Both the position numbers and the translations under genes were made by a program. Of a stretch of DNA of 64,000 nt, positions 29,379 to 39,658 are shown piece by piece; position 1 is the stretch's first letter, and the number at the start of each line of letters is the position of its first letter. Below the pieces are notes generated by a model, which saw only the letters and a program-made list of their open reading frames with translations, did not search any database and was not told where the DNA came from. The stretch is from a virus, in IMG/VR virus record IMGVR_UViG_3300005654_000003, positions 7,132-71,131 of that record. One strand, written 5' to 3'.

Positions 29379-32300
29379 TTAAAATCTTCTATATATGTTT
29401 GTTCTGTCAAAGGATAAGTCATCAATGTCATTGCCCTTGGCATCTAAATTTCTACCAAGAGTATTGTCGTGTACGCCACCAAGGAATTTAAAAGCCTCTT
29501 CTTTAGGTAAACACTGTAATCCTTTGACAAAGAAATTAAATACTGGCTTATTCACGTGCCAGTCAGATGCCACCATTTCACTAAAATTTGTTGCATCTTT
29601 ATTGTTGTTGTTGAACACAGATTCGTCATAAGGCACATGGCATAAATCAAAATACGAATATCTTACGCCATCTACAGTGATGCCCTTAATATAGTCTTCC
29701 CTCATACCTCTGCTTACCTGTAAAGTAGTGGTTCTATCTATATTGGTGTCACTAATCGTGAAGTTATTTGATACTGAATCTACATAATATATCTCACCTG
29801 TGGACTCTAGCTTGATAAAGTTTCCACGCTTTATAGTACGATCTCCATTAATAACTATAGTGCCCATTCTTGTAAAAGGCAAATAGGCACTGGACTCTAT
29901 CATATAAAGAAGATCCAGCATTCCTTGTCTTATGAAATACGCATTAGGGGTCTTTTCATTCTTATCTTTAACAGGATAAAAGGGTATATAGTTTGTCATT
30001 CTATCCATTGGCTTTGAACCAAATATTTCTGCATATTCTGGAAAATAGACTGCCTTTAAAAACGCCTGTGACATTTGTTTTGTCGTACCAGGTAATATCG
30101 GGGAAATATCTAATTTATACCATGAATAAGCTGTTGTGTCAAAAGATAGAGATGTAGAGATTACATCTGATTCTTTCACCGATCTAACAATGGAATCTGA
30201 CTCAGGGCTAGTTTCTATGCTTTTGTAGGCACTAAAGTCATTAGTGTCCGAAATCTGAGTAGCTGGTTCATCTGCTTTAAAATTGACCGATTTATGTAAG
30301 TATGATACTATACTTTTTCTGTCAAATGGCGGTTTTCTCACTACCAAATTAAATTGATCACCGTATGTATCTGTAAAAAATTCAACAAATGGCTTTAAAC
30401 ATATCTTATTCATTGCATTTAATAATGAACCGTGCTCATTGCCAATGCTAGAATCCGACATTCTTCTATTTGCTACAGAGTCATCTACTGTAAGTTTTAT
30501 GATTTGCCAAATACCTCTTACTGCACCCAGCTCTCTATTTTTATTAACAGTATTAATATTCTTTATTTGTTCCCATACTTTTTGAATTGCTTGCTTAGCA
30601 AATGTATTAGGCATTGTTGCAAAGTTCTCTGGTACAGCTACAATACCAAAGGAGGGCTTTGATCGCATTAGCCTATCATATTGATCTTCAAGATCTTGTA
30701 TGGCATTTATCTTGCTGTTCAGAATCTTTTCATTCAATTGTACATTTGATACGCCTGACACTTCTGCTGTATTGCTTATTTGATCAATCGGTTCTCTAGC
30801 CTTTGCCAATTGTTTCTTGTGAAAAGCATTCATATCTTGTGCAGCAGCCTTGAAATCCAATGTTTTTCTATCTTCACTGTTTACATCATCACCATCTAAG
30901 GTAGCGTTTGCAGCAGCATCCAATGTATCTCGGTAGTTTTGTTCTTCATCTGTTAAAGGTATGTCTTTAATGCCCTGTCGTAATCGCTTGATCTCTTTTA
31001 ATATCTTCGCACACTCTCGCTTAACATTTGCTGCAAATTCTAAACTTTCCTTATCTTTTTCAGAACTTGTTAATACTTTTCCAGTTACACTTCTGTACCC
31101 ATATGCTGCCCTATACAGTTCGTTATCTAATTGAAAGGGTAATCGTGACGGTTTTCTAATGAACTCATTGTCATTCTTAAATGGTTTCCACCCCACTAGC
31201 TTACCGCCTTTTTCTATTGCATGACCCCCCTCTTTGACTCTTATCAAAAAATCACCAATATGTCGATATATTTCTATATTGGGTACACTGTTGTATTTTC
31301 GCAGACTATCTTTTTTTCTCGCCTTTTCAATAAGAGCATATGTTTCTTGTTTATTCTTTTCTAAATCCTTATTAGCTTGATCCTCTTTAACTTTTTCATC
31401 TGTAGTTAATTGATAGGCATTGGTACGCTTGTCTCCATACGCATTAAATAACGTGTCCGAGCATATTTGAATCGTAGATAATGCATTAATGACATACTTC
31501 ATTGTACTATCAATGCTTCTTTGAAAGTTCTGAAATCTACTTCTTATTTGACCCTTAAACCTCAATAATTGCTCACTGGTAGCACCCGATTTACTATTGA
31601 GATTAGCAAACATTGATTCACTTGTGAATTCAAATGGGTAAAAATAAACACCATCTTCTATAAATAACTTTATCAAATCTCTACCTGTAACCGTAAGTGA
31701 TAAATTATTCGATGTTCCATCAAAATCTTCATCTACACTATCAATAAGGCCAATCATGTCATATACCTTATTAGGTAGATCTGCCTTATCTACTTCAAAA
31801 GAATAATCAATTGGAGATCGATCATTTTCCACCTCTAGTTTCTCGAACCTTAAAAACACTACATCGTTTTGGCTCAATACATTTTTAAAGTATGTACATC
31901 TTCTTTTTAGATTATTGTTTTCATCTGGAACGTGAAAGAAAGTATCTAAGACTACTTCATTGTTGGCTGTACGTTTAATGCTTTTTAAATCTATACCCCA
32001 ATCTCCATTAAATTCTGCCAAGGCTGGTGCTAGATCAAAGGTGAAATTACCCCCCGTTTCCGTCACACTTGTGTTTAGTGAACCTACAAATGGTGTAATG
32101 TCCAGCAATACATCTTCCATTTTGCCTGTACTAATGTCTGTGCTTAGTGCCCTACTCCACACCCATACAGAAACATTACTGAATATATCTGAAACAGAAT
32201 TGATTGATGTAGCCCTGTTTTCGGTGTCTGATCGATACGATTTATCATTTAGTAAATCAAATAGCTTTTTAGCCATAAATCCCTCATAATCAGCACTATC

Positions 32301-32651
32301 TATAAAATTGGTGCTTTGAATCACCCCAAAACTACCATCGATCTTATCAAATGGCAATGCTATTTTAGCTCCAATTGGAAACGGTACGTTCTTCAATGTC
32401 TCAGCACTAAAGTCAGATGGACTCAGTAATTGATCTTTATATTTACTAGCAAGTTGCTTATCGTCTGAAAAGAGTGTATCGTAAATGACCTTACCATTTT
32501 GATCTGTATCTGATCCTGTATATTCTAACAATGTTTTTGGATCTAAGCCTATATTAAATGCTATAGATGCCTGATCTCTTAAAAACACACCTACAGTCGT
32601 ATGACTTGCATTCGTGTTTGTGTATAAATAATATTCCGTTTTTTCTGCCAT
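29379..32651 (-). CDS. baseplate hub / tail-associated protein (gp27-like)
   Basis: 1090 aa between tape measure and spike; LTVTGRDLIK, VEFFTDTYG..LVVRKPPF, GTIVINGDRTIKRG. Confidence 0.65.
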   Translation of the reverse strand: MAEKTEYYLYTNTNASHTTVGVFLRDQASIAFNIGLDPKTLLEYTGSDTDQNGKVIYDTLFSDDKQLASKYKDQLLSPSDFSAETLKNVPFPIGAKIALPFDKIDGSFGVIQSTNFIDSADYEGFMAKKLFDLLNDKSYRSDTENRATSINSVSDIFSNVSVWVWSRALSTDISTGKMEDVLLDITPFVGSLNTSVTETGGNFTFDLAPALAEFNGDWGIDLKSIKRTANNEVVLDTFFHVPDENNNLKRRCTYFKNVLSQNDVVFLRFEKLEVENDRSPIDYSFEVDKADLPNKVYDMIGLIDSVDEDFDGTSNNLSLTVTGRDLIKLFIEDGVYFYPFEFTSESMFANLNSKSGATSEQLLRFKGQIRSRFQNFQRSIDSTMKYVINALSTIQICSDTLFNAYGDKRTNAYQLTTDEKVKEDQANKDLEKNKQETYALIEKARKKDSLRKYNSVPNIEIYRHIGDFLIRVKEGGHAIEKGGKLVGWKPFKNDNEFIRKPSRLPFQLDNELYRAAYGYRSVTGKVLTSSEKDKESLEFAANVKRECAKILKEIKRLRQGIKDIPLTDEEQNYRDTLDAAANATLDGDDVNSEDRKTLDFKAAAQDMNAFHKKQLAKAREPIDQISNTAEVSGVSNVQLNEKILNSKINAIQDLEDQYDRLMRSKPSFGIVAVPENFATMPNTFAKQAIQKVWEQIKNINTVNKNRELGAVRGIWQIIKLTVDDSVANRRMSDSSIGNEHGSLLNAMNKICLKPFVEFFTDTYGDQFNLVVRKPPFDRKSIVSYLHKSVNFKADEPATQISDTNDFSAYKSIETSPESDSIVRSVKESDVISTSLSFDTTAYSWYKLDISPILPGTTKQMSQAFLKAVYFPEYAEIFGSKPMDRMTNYIPFYPVKDKNEKTPNAYFIRQGMLDLLYMIESSAYLPFTRMGTIVINGDRTIKRGNFIKLESTGEIYYVDSVSNNFTISDTNIDRTTTLQVSRGMREDYIKGITVDGVRYSYFDLCHVPYDESVFNNNNKDATNFSEMVASDWHVNKPVFNFFVKGLQCLPKEEAFKFLGGVHDNTLGRNLDAKGNDIDDLSFDRTNIYRRF

Positions 32652-32656
32652 AATAC

Positions 32657-34609
32657 TTATTTTGCACCCATGCCCATGCGGTCTATCTTAGTTATATCTG
32701 CTTTAAAGTCTTCTGTCATTGCTACACCGTGAATAACCTTGTTCTTCTTAATATCCTGATTAACTGTCTTCACGTCTTCTTTAAATTTGCCTCCTAATGC
32801 ATCCACAAATGCATCCATCAATGTCTTTGAGAACTTAGCTCCTGCATATTCTGCTGCCTTTAATACACCATCGGCAGCTCCATTTGAAAAACTTTGTTCT
32901 ATATCTGCTGCTGCCACTTCATATCTTGACACGCCACTCGTGCCCATTTCTCCGACACGACCTGCTACCGTAGCCTCTATTGACTTATTATCTTTGAATG
33001 ACATTTCATCAAATCGTGTAGGATCGACCTCAAAAGCCCTTCTAACATCTTCTGCTGCATCAGGATTCAATCCAAAACCCTCCATGATAGCTAAAGAAAG
33101 ATCATCTCCACCACCCGTTTGTTCTTGCATCTGCTTTAATCGTTGTCCAAAAAAGCCTTCTTGCTCTAGTCCTTTAGCTTCCATTTGAATCATATCAAAA
33201 TAACTAGCCCCCTGTGCTTCTGGTAGAGCACTTAGGGCAGCAAAGTTTTGAGCTCTATTGAAGTCATCAGTTGGGTTCTGCAACGCTGAATTAATCTTAC
33301 TAATCGATGGACTTGCTCTCTCTCCTTTAAATTGACCTCCAATCTGAGCAAACGTAGAAACAATGCCAGTAATCATATTGGCATCAGGTGAATTTTTATT
33401 CTGTGCCGATTCTCTAGCTAATGAATCCTGAGTACCTAGCATCTCTGATAACTGAGTATAGTCATTGCCTTTAATAGCACCGCTTCGCTTCATGGCATTT
33501 ATAACATTGGCTATATTCTGACCACCACCAGTGCCCGTCATACGACCTGTGGATAATTGCCCCATTATATCACTGTCATCTAATCCATAGCCATATTTAA
33601 GTCCAGTTAAGTTCCTAACACCGCTATTAAGCCCTTTATTGCTTCCCTGTGCTGTAGCTATCTGTAATGCATATTCGTTAGCTTCTGCACCCGTTAAACC
33701 AAGCCCTACAGCAGAACCCACATTAGCCCCAGTCGTCATTCTGGTTTTTAGACGAGACATTTGCTGTTCTTTTTTAGCGTTTTCTTCTCTGTCTTTTGCT
33801 TGCTGAATTGATGGTGCTATTCCAGACATAAATGGTATTGCACCAGCAATACCGCCATAAAGTGCACCCATGAACTTAGTATCATCCTGAGCACCAGCGA
33901 GTGATGAGCCTACCTGACCTAAGCCACCCATTATATTCTTAATGGCATCAGCAACTAAGTTGGCTGCCAGTACATCTTTAAATACCCCCTTTTGTTTTGG
34001 GGCTGGATCACCTACAATGTTTTCTTGATATGTCAGCTTGTCTTTATCATGCTGAGACATTCCTGCAAAATTAGAGCTCCTAGCCCTTGAAATCTTACTT
34101 CTTACGCCATCTTTATCTTCTTTAGCCTCTTGCTCCCAAAGGCTTCTTTGAGCTTCCCATCTATCATTGATTTGGGCTTGCTCCTGCTTTTTTATATGCT
34201 CCTGTGAATTATCTATTCGTAATTGCTCTTTAGATACTTCTAGCATCTGTTTTAGCGTTGTTACAATAGTCTTATCTGAATTAGAGTCTTCTTTTAATCC
34301 TGAAAACTTCTGTGAGTATGAAGCAGATATTTCATCTTTTTGTGACTGTGTACGAGCACCAGCCAATTCTCTTTGTTGACCACCTTGTAAGAGTAACCTT
34401 TGTTGTTTCTCGTATAAATTATTTTGTTTTTCAATAGCCTTTATGGAATCTTCCATAAAACGCAATTGCTCTTTTAGAGACTCACTATGCTTTTTAGCAT
34501 CACGAATAATAGAATTGTTGGCCTCAGAAGCTCTTTTCTGAATCTTGTCGTAAAAAGATGAGACACCTTTATCTACACCTTCAAATATTATTTTTTTGCT
34601 TTCAGCCAT
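32657..34609 (-). CDS. tape measure protein
   Basis: 650 aa, helical, A/G/Q-rich; follows two chaperone-sized genes. Confidence 0.7.
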   Translation of the reverse strand: MAESKKIIFEGVDKGVSSFYDKIQKRASEANNSIIRDAKKHSESLKEQLRFMEDSIKAIEKQNNLYEKQQRLLLQGGQQRELAGARTQSQKDEISASYSQKFSGLKEDSNSDKTIVTTLKQMLEVSKEQLRIDNSQEHIKKQEQAQINDRWEAQRSLWEQEAKEDKDGVRSKISRARSSNFAGMSQHDKDKLTYQENIVGDPAPKQKGVFKDVLAANLVADAIKNIMGGLGQVGSSLAGAQDDTKFMGALYGGIAGAIPFMSGIAPSIQQAKDREENAKKEQQMSRLKTRMTTGANVGSAVGLGLTGAEANEYALQIATAQGSNKGLNSGVRNLTGLKYGYGLDDSDIMGQLSTGRMTGTGGGQNIANVINAMKRSGAIKGNDYTQLSEMLGTQDSLARESAQNKNSPDANMITGIVSTFAQIGGQFKGERASPSISKINSALQNPTDDFNRAQNFAALSALPEAQGASYFDMIQMEAKGLEQEGFFGQRLKQMQEQTGGGDDLSLAIMEGFGLNPDAAEDVRRAFEVDPTRFDEMSFKDNKSIEATVAGRVGEMGTSGVSRYEVAAADIEQSFSNGAADGVLKAAEYAGAKFSKTLMDAFVDALGGKFKEDVKTVNQDIKKNKVIHGVAMTEDFKADITKIDRMGMGAK

Positions 34610-34950
34610 TACTTATCATTCATTTGTTTCACACTTGCCATTAGCTTGTCAAATGCATCGTCCTTATCTTCTTCTGACCAATCATGATCTTTATCTAATA
34701 AGAATTCACCAGTTTCCTTATAACTATCAAGTAACGCTCTTTTGTTTTCTTGATCACTATAATGTTTCTCCATCATTTTGTCTTCTAATATTTCTGTATA
34801 AATATCTATTTGAGACAATTCACGATGCTTTGAGCTATTGAATGGTATCTTGTACTTATTGCGAAATAATTTATCGTAGGGGAACGTATTGTTCCAACCT
34901 ACAATAAATCTTTTAAGTAGCTCTATATTACTCTTCTCCTGCTTCTTCAT
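34609..34950 (-). CDS. tail assembly chaperone (second ORF)
   Basis: WNNTFPYDKLFRNKYKIPFNSSKHRE; directly upstream of the tape measure gene. Confidence 0.55.
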   Translation of the reverse strand: MKKQEKSNIELLKRFIVGWNNTFPYDKLFRNKYKIPFNSSKHRELSQIDIYTEILEDKMMEKHYSDQENKRALLDSYKETGEFLLDKDHDWSEEDKDDAFDKLMASVKQMNDK

Positions 34951-35311
34951 TCACTGTTTCTTCTGGATCAGATGAAAGTAAATCTTCCCACTTCATTAAC
35001 CATGGTAAAATATCTTTAACATATATTCTAAGTAACATGTTACTGTCCTGAGCCTTTAGCTCTAATAATGAAGACACTTTTAATGACTCAATTAATTGTG
35101 GACACAATACGTTAAAAAACGATGTCATGTCAATTAAAAACTTAGAATAAGTACTAGAATTAGAGCCTTGTTTAGCTATTGATTCATATCGACCTCCTGC
35201 TATAGTAGCTTTCATTCGTTCAATATCAATGAGTTGACCCGTATTTGGGTAATCAATGGTAAATTTTCTGTCCTTTACGGTAATTTCAATCTGTGAATCT
35301 GGAAATTGCAT
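34928..35311 (-). CDS. tail assembly chaperone
   Basis: 127 aa, first gene after a late-type motif; canonical position. Confidence 0.55.
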   Translation of the reverse strand: MQFPDSQIEITVKDRKFTIDYPNTGQLIDIERMKATIAGGRYESIAKQGSNSSTYSKFLIDMTSFFNVLCPQLIESLKVSSLLELKAQDSNMLLRIYVKDILPWLMKWEDLLSSDPEETVNEEAGEE

Positions 35312-35391
35312 ACAATTTGTGTTTAATGTTATGTATAAAAATAATTAAAGGAAGTCGAAAAACACTAATCTTTTTGACTTGTATCTATATA

Positions 35392-35805
35392 ATGATTAAT
35401 TTTACACCAGTTATGAAAAGATCCCTAGCGATAATCATGCTTTTTTATCTCACTTCCCCTCTTAAAGCACAGGATAGAATGGATATTTACTGCTTCATAG
35501 AGATGCAAGGTATCAAGAATCCTGATATTGTGTATAAACAGGCCGTACTAGAAACAGGACACTTCACCTCATACTCATTTACACATCGCAAGAATCTTTT
35601 TGGTGCTACTAATGGCAAAGGGCAGTATCTTACCTTTACATCTTGGAAAGAGTCTATTAGATGGTATAAGAGATGGCAATACGCCCATTATTGTGATGGT
35701 GACTATTATTCTTTTTTAAAATGCATCTATAGAGATAGTGATAGTTGTAAAAGATATGCAGAAGATACACTGTATATCAGTAAATTAAAAAATATTAAAT
35801 TATAA
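35392..35805 (+). CDS. glucosaminidase-family peptidoglycan hydrolase with signal peptide (putative endolysin)
   Basis: KQAVLETG.F..NLFG...Y.TF.SWKESI...YAED.LY.SKL (GH73-like); signal MKRSLAIIMLFYLTSPLKA/Q. Start is ATG 35392 or 35413. Confidence 0.75.
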   Translation: MINFTPVMKRSLAIIMLFYLTSPLKAQDRMDIYCFIEMQGIKNPDIVYKQAVLETGHFTSYSFTHRKNLFGATNGKGQYLTFTSWKESIRWYKRWQYAHYCDGDYYSFLKCIYRDSDSCKRYAEDTLYISKLKNIKL

Positions 35806-35874
35806 TTTATTATAATTACTTGCTTCATATTATAATATTTTATAATATTGTTTACATAAGAAAATCAGGAAATC

Positions 35875-36087
35875 ATGAGTGAAGCAAAATACATAGCATT
35901 AATCGAAAATAAGTTTGGAGATATAATTGTTATTAATGTCTCAGGAAAGGATAAGGTAGAAGTTGTAGGAATGGTGTCCAAGTTAGTTGAACTAAATACC
36001 CACAGGGGTTACATTTTAATGCTGGTATCAAAAACTAAAGAAGTGGTGGAAAAAATAAACGATAGATTTCTTAATACTGATAGATAA
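35875..36087 (+). CDS. hypothetical protein
   Basis: 70 aa ORF. Confidence 0.55.
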   Translation: MSEAKYIALIENKFGDIIVINVSGKDKVEVVGMVSKLVELNTHRGYILMLVSKTKEVVEKINDRFLNTDR

Positions 36088-36145
36088 ATCAATTCATAGT
36101 TCGCCAAAATTGTCAAAAATATGTATATTTGGCGAAATATATGGT

Positions 36146-36847
36146 ATGAAAATTTGCGTAATATCCGATACTCATGAAAAACATCAAGACTTGACTGAAC
36201 AAATACTTTCTGGTAAACCAGATGTCATAATCCACTGTGGTGATGCTGCCAATCATAAGAGTCCAGCTTTTAATCAGCATCCCATGATGGAATTTTTGAG
36301 ATGGTATGAGGGATTGGATATAGATCATAAGATATTCGTGCCTGGGAATCATGACACCTCTATACAACATGGATTCATACATCCCACACAATTTAAAACA
36401 ATTGACTTTTTAATAAATGAAACTATCGAAATTTCAAGACCGAATAATGGGCAACCTGATGTTAGGATTTTTGGCTCTCCTTATACACCTACTTTTGGAA
36501 CTGGCTGGGCTTATAATAAAGCACGTAACAAGCTGGATAGAATATGGAAACAAATTATTCCAGACAATATTGACATCGTTGTAACGCATGGGCCACCTAA
36601 AGGCATACTTGACTTAACTGAATCCATAGAGATGAGGCGTTATGAGCAAGTGGGCTGTAAAAGTCTCTTAAATCGCATTAGAGACGTGAATCCAGAATAC
36701 AGTTTATTTGGACATATACACGATGAATCAAATGTATTTAATTATGGACTTAAAATGATTGATGGAGTAAGAACTAAATTTATTAATGCATCTAATTGCA
36801 ATTTGCAATACAAATGCGTAAACCCCCCAATATTTATAGAGATATGA
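36146..36847 (+). CDS. calcineurin-like metallophosphoesterase
   Basis: ISDTH, HCGD, PGNHD, VTHGPP, FGHIH; TATATTTG at 36124-36131 upstream. Confidence 0.9.
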   Translation: MKICVISDTHEKHQDLTEQILSGKPDVIIHCGDAANHKSPAFNQHPMMEFLRWYEGLDIDHKIFVPGNHDTSIQHGFIHPTQFKTIDFLINETIEISRPNNGQPDVRIFGSPYTPTFGTGWAYNKARNKLDRIWKQIIPDNIDIVVTHGPPKGILDLTESIEMRRYEQVGCKSLLNRIRDVNPEYSLFGHIHDESNVFNYGLKMIDGVRTKFINASNCNLQYKCVNPPIFIEI

Positions 36848-37230
36848 ATAAATTAGAAATTGTAGAAAAAATAAAAGAAAAAATGCCAAATCAAGAGCAA
36901 TTGATTGGATGGATCAGGTCACTACCAGGATCAAGCACAAAGATGAATCCAGACACTCCTAAAGTTGGTGATGTACTTATGCATCCAGTATTTAAGCACC
37001 CGTATGTCTTATTAGAGAAACGTGAAGATGAATGGCTATGTGGCCTTATGACTTCTAAAGAAGACTGTTTAGAGATGCTTTGTGAAACGCAATCCAGATT
37101 TTTCAATGGATTCTTTAGCAAGGCATTGTTTACCGTTACAGATCCTTCTAAGCAATTCATAAATATGTATGACAATAAGAAACATTTAAAAACAGTTCTA
37201 AAACAATTAAAGCACACATTTAACCATTAA
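36844..37230 (+). CDS. hypothetical protein
   Basis: ATGA overlap with the phosphoesterase; KVGDVLMHPVFKHPYVLL. Confidence 0.65.
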   Translation: MNKLEIVEKIKEKMPNQEQLIGWIRSLPGSSTKMNPDTPKVGDVLMHPVFKHPYVLLEKREDEWLCGLMTSKEDCLEMLCETQSRFFNGFFSKALFTVTDPSKQFINMYDNKKHLKTVLKQLKHTFNH

Positions 37231-37232
37231 TC

Positions 37233-37457
37233 ATGAGTACAAAAGAAAAGAAAATATACGATCTTAAATTACATGAGAGAACAGAGATAGATCAAGACAC
37301 TTGGGCTATAAGAGTGCCTGGTGGATGGATATATGAACACTACTTAGAAGATAAGCCAATGGGTGCAGTATTCGTTCCATTCAATGATGAATTTATGGAT
37401 AGAAAAGAATTAACCATTCCAGATGTATCAGAAGATCAATTATTAAAAAGAAGCTAA
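37233..37457 (+). CDS. hypothetical protein
   Basis: 74 aa; RVPGGWIY...VFVP motif. Confidence 0.65.
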   Translation: MSTKEKKIYDLKLHERTEIDQDTWAIRVPGGWIYEHYLEDKPMGAVFVPFNDEFMDRKELTIPDVSEDQLLKRS

Positions 37458-37458
37458 T

Positions 37459-37743
37459 ATGAACATCACACACGAACAAGAGGGTATATCAGAAACATTA
37501 TTGAATCTTAAATTCTTAGTGGCCATGACTATGGCAGACGTAGATATATTTCTATTACAGAATAAAGAGCAAACTGCTGATAATGATCAAGAGCTCTTTA
37601 CAAGAGAAGAAATTAGGGATCAATTGAAAAAAACCATGGAGAATGTTTGCAATGGATTAAGTAAGTGTGGATATAGTCTGGAAAAGCCACTAAAAGTGGA
37701 TGATGTGTTTAAAAGATTAGATAAAATTACAGATTTTTTGTAA
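37459..37743 (+). CDS. hypothetical protein
   Basis: 94 aa in the same operon. Confidence 0.6.
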   Translation: MNITHEQEGISETLLNLKFLVAMTMADVDIFLLQNKEQTADNDQELFTREEIRDQLKKTMENVCNGLSKCGYSLEKPLKVDDVFKRLDKITDFL

Positions 37744-37796
37744 CCTTTTTATTTTTCTCCCGTTAATGTACTTAGAAACCACCTAAAATAATCGTT

Positions 37797-37973
37797 ATGA
37801 TGAGTCCAGAAGAATTAAAAGCAAAGAATAAAGCAGAATTACTTAAAGACATTGAAGCCTGTAAATCTCACGTTACATTAACTTACCTTGAAAGTAAGGC
37901 TTCAATAGCCATTAGAAGAATGGAAAGATTGGAGCAAATGATGGCAGAGGAAAGAGCACAACGCTCTTCCTAA
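37797..37973 (+). CDS. small hypothetical protein (58 aa), not in the ORF track
   Basis: MMSPEELKAKNKAELLKDIEACKSH...ERAQRSS*; stop overlaps the convergent protease stop. Confidence 0.5.
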   Translation: MMSPEELKAKNKAELLKDIEACKSHVTLTYLESKASIAIRRMERLEQMMAEERAQRSS

Positions 37974-39223
37974 AAGCTCACATAATACAATACCCCATCA
38001 ATAATATAGTAGCCTGATTTCCTTATTGCTCCTATTTGCTGGCCTAGAATAGTATATGTACCCCTCACATGAGGTGGTGCATTTTCTGGGCTTATTGGCG
38101 TTCCAAATCCCGTTGTAAAATCACATATTGTATCTGTTATGTAGATAGTATCTACTATAATGGTATCTGTTACATAGATGTATTCGATAATCGTATCGTA
38201 TTCTGTAACCTCTACAACTACGATAATGTTGTTGTAAGTAGTATCTACCACATTAATGATCGTAATGTTCGTGTCGTACTCATTAATATTGATCTGTGTA
38301 ATAATGGTATCATGTGTTTGAACTATAATCACATTAGTGTCATACACATTTACAATTACATCGTTATATGTAGTGTCATCTATCTGTACAGGTATAATAG
38401 TAGTGTCATACATTGTTACTGGAATGTTCACTGGAATAAATGTAGTATCGTATATAGTTACATCACCTATACATGTATCTGGTTCTTCTGGGTCTATTGT
38501 TGTTGTGCATTCAGTTAAACATGAATTGTTGTCATCTATAAATTCACTTATTTCTACTATACTTGCAGAGCTCCATAAATTTGTTCCTGATACCAATGGC
38601 GACATAATAAATGAAGTTCCAGATGGATCATGTCCAGCAGAAAAATTATGTCCGATCTCATGTGTCATTAACTGTCTTAGCATATTTGGATCAGTATTGT
38701 AGTATTCTAATACATTATACGGTACGCCTCTACATACGCCACCTACATACGCAATGCCAATAACACTTCCTGAATAATCCGTACCTGTCCATAGAGATGC
38801 CAATTCATGTGGCACTGTAATTCCACCTGACTGATCCCATGATCTAAATTGGGATAATTGATTAATAATGCTAGTGGGCGTAGAATCATTCCATAAATCA
38901 GCCGATGGGCTGGTAGAAACATATGTTCCAACTAAATTCAATTGAATTTCAGTACTAAATGCATTTTGATAATCGTCATTACTTAAAGCCGTAACAGTTT
39001 CTATATGGTTCACTACAGCACTTACGTTTGATCCAAAATCTAAATACATTTGATAATCGGCTACTGCAAAGTAATCAACAATTCTACAGTCTTCTGCAAA
39101 ACTATAATATAGTGGTTCTGATACGTGATTTAGTGAAGTATCGATCTCACCCTCTAAGCAAGTAACGTATTCATTGGTGTCTGGATTCGTAAAGAGTAAT
39201 GGTAGGAATAATAGAATGTTCAT
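37970..39223 (-). CDS. secreted reprolysin-like (M12B) zinc metalloprotease with DT-repeat stalk and T9SS-CTD-like tail
   Basis: HEIGHNFSAGHD zinc motif, FIMSP Met-turn, GIAYVGGVC; hydrophobic N-terminus; C-terminal YTILGQQI...KSGYYIIDG. Confidence 0.85.
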   Translation of the reverse strand: MNILLFLPLLFTNPDTNEYVTCLEGEIDTSLNHVSEPLYYSFAEDCRIVDYFAVADYQMYLDFGSNVSAVVNHIETVTALSNDDYQNAFSTEIQLNLVGTYVSTSPSADLWNDSTPTSIINQLSQFRSWDQSGGITVPHELASLWTGTDYSGSVIGIAYVGGVCRGVPYNVLEYYNTDPNMLRQLMTHEIGHNFSAGHDPSGTSFIMSPLVSGTNLWSSASIVEISEFIDDNNSCLTECTTTIDPEEPDTCIGDVTIYDTTFIPVNIPVTMYDTTIIPVQIDDTTYNDVIVNVYDTNVIIVQTHDTIITQININEYDTNITIINVVDTTYNNIIVVVEVTEYDTIIEYIYVTDTIIVDTIYITDTICDFTTGFGTPISPENAPPHVRGTYTILGQQIGAIRKSGYYIIDGVLYYVSF

Positions 39224-39299
39224 AATATAAAAATAACTAAAGCTGATCGCATTGATTTTTTTAGTATCTTAGTTTTTTTTAAACGCAAAATATAAGAGA

Positions 39300-39650
39300 A
39301 TGCATAAGGATCAAAGAAAAAAGGACATATATACCTTTATAAAGGGGAAATTAAAATGGCATGACCGATTAATTTTTGCATATGTAATGAAACACAATGT
39401 TGGGAAAAGAGTTCTCATGAAGAGAATAGGCAGTGTTTTGGGAATGAAAACATTAATTAATAATGACCTATATACAGAATCAATCATTGGAGACGAATTG
39501 AAAGACCCTATCTTTAATATTCACTATGTTAGAATATATGATAGACTCTATGATTTAGCCAATCTTCATGTAAGTGCTAAGAATGGCGATGGATTCATGT
39601 TAATAGATGAAAAAGGGGGATTTAAACAACGAGATGTTAAACAACAATAA
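39300..39650 (+). CDS. hypothetical protein
   Basis: 116 aa, first gene of a plus-strand operon. Confidence 0.55.
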   Translation: MHKDQRKKDIYTFIKGKLKWHDRLIFAYVMKHNVGKRVLMKRIGSVLGMKTLINNDLYTESIIGDELKDPIFNIHYVRIYDRLYDLANLHVSAKNGDGFMLIDEKGGFKQRDVKQQ

Positions 39651-39658
39651 ATAAAACG

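Noticed and set aside
34609-35311. Programmed frameshift between the two tail chaperone ORFs
   Set aside because: No XXXYYYZ slippery site near the end of the first ORF. The second frame has a TGA immediately before its ATG, so the overlap is only 23 nt and independent initiation is simpler.
38069-38702. Plus-strand ORFs (149 aa and 121 aa) opposite the metalloprotease, and similar antisense ORFs such as 13413 and 22035
   Set aside because: Shadows of repetitive, stop-poor coding sequence on the other strand; no recognisable protein features.
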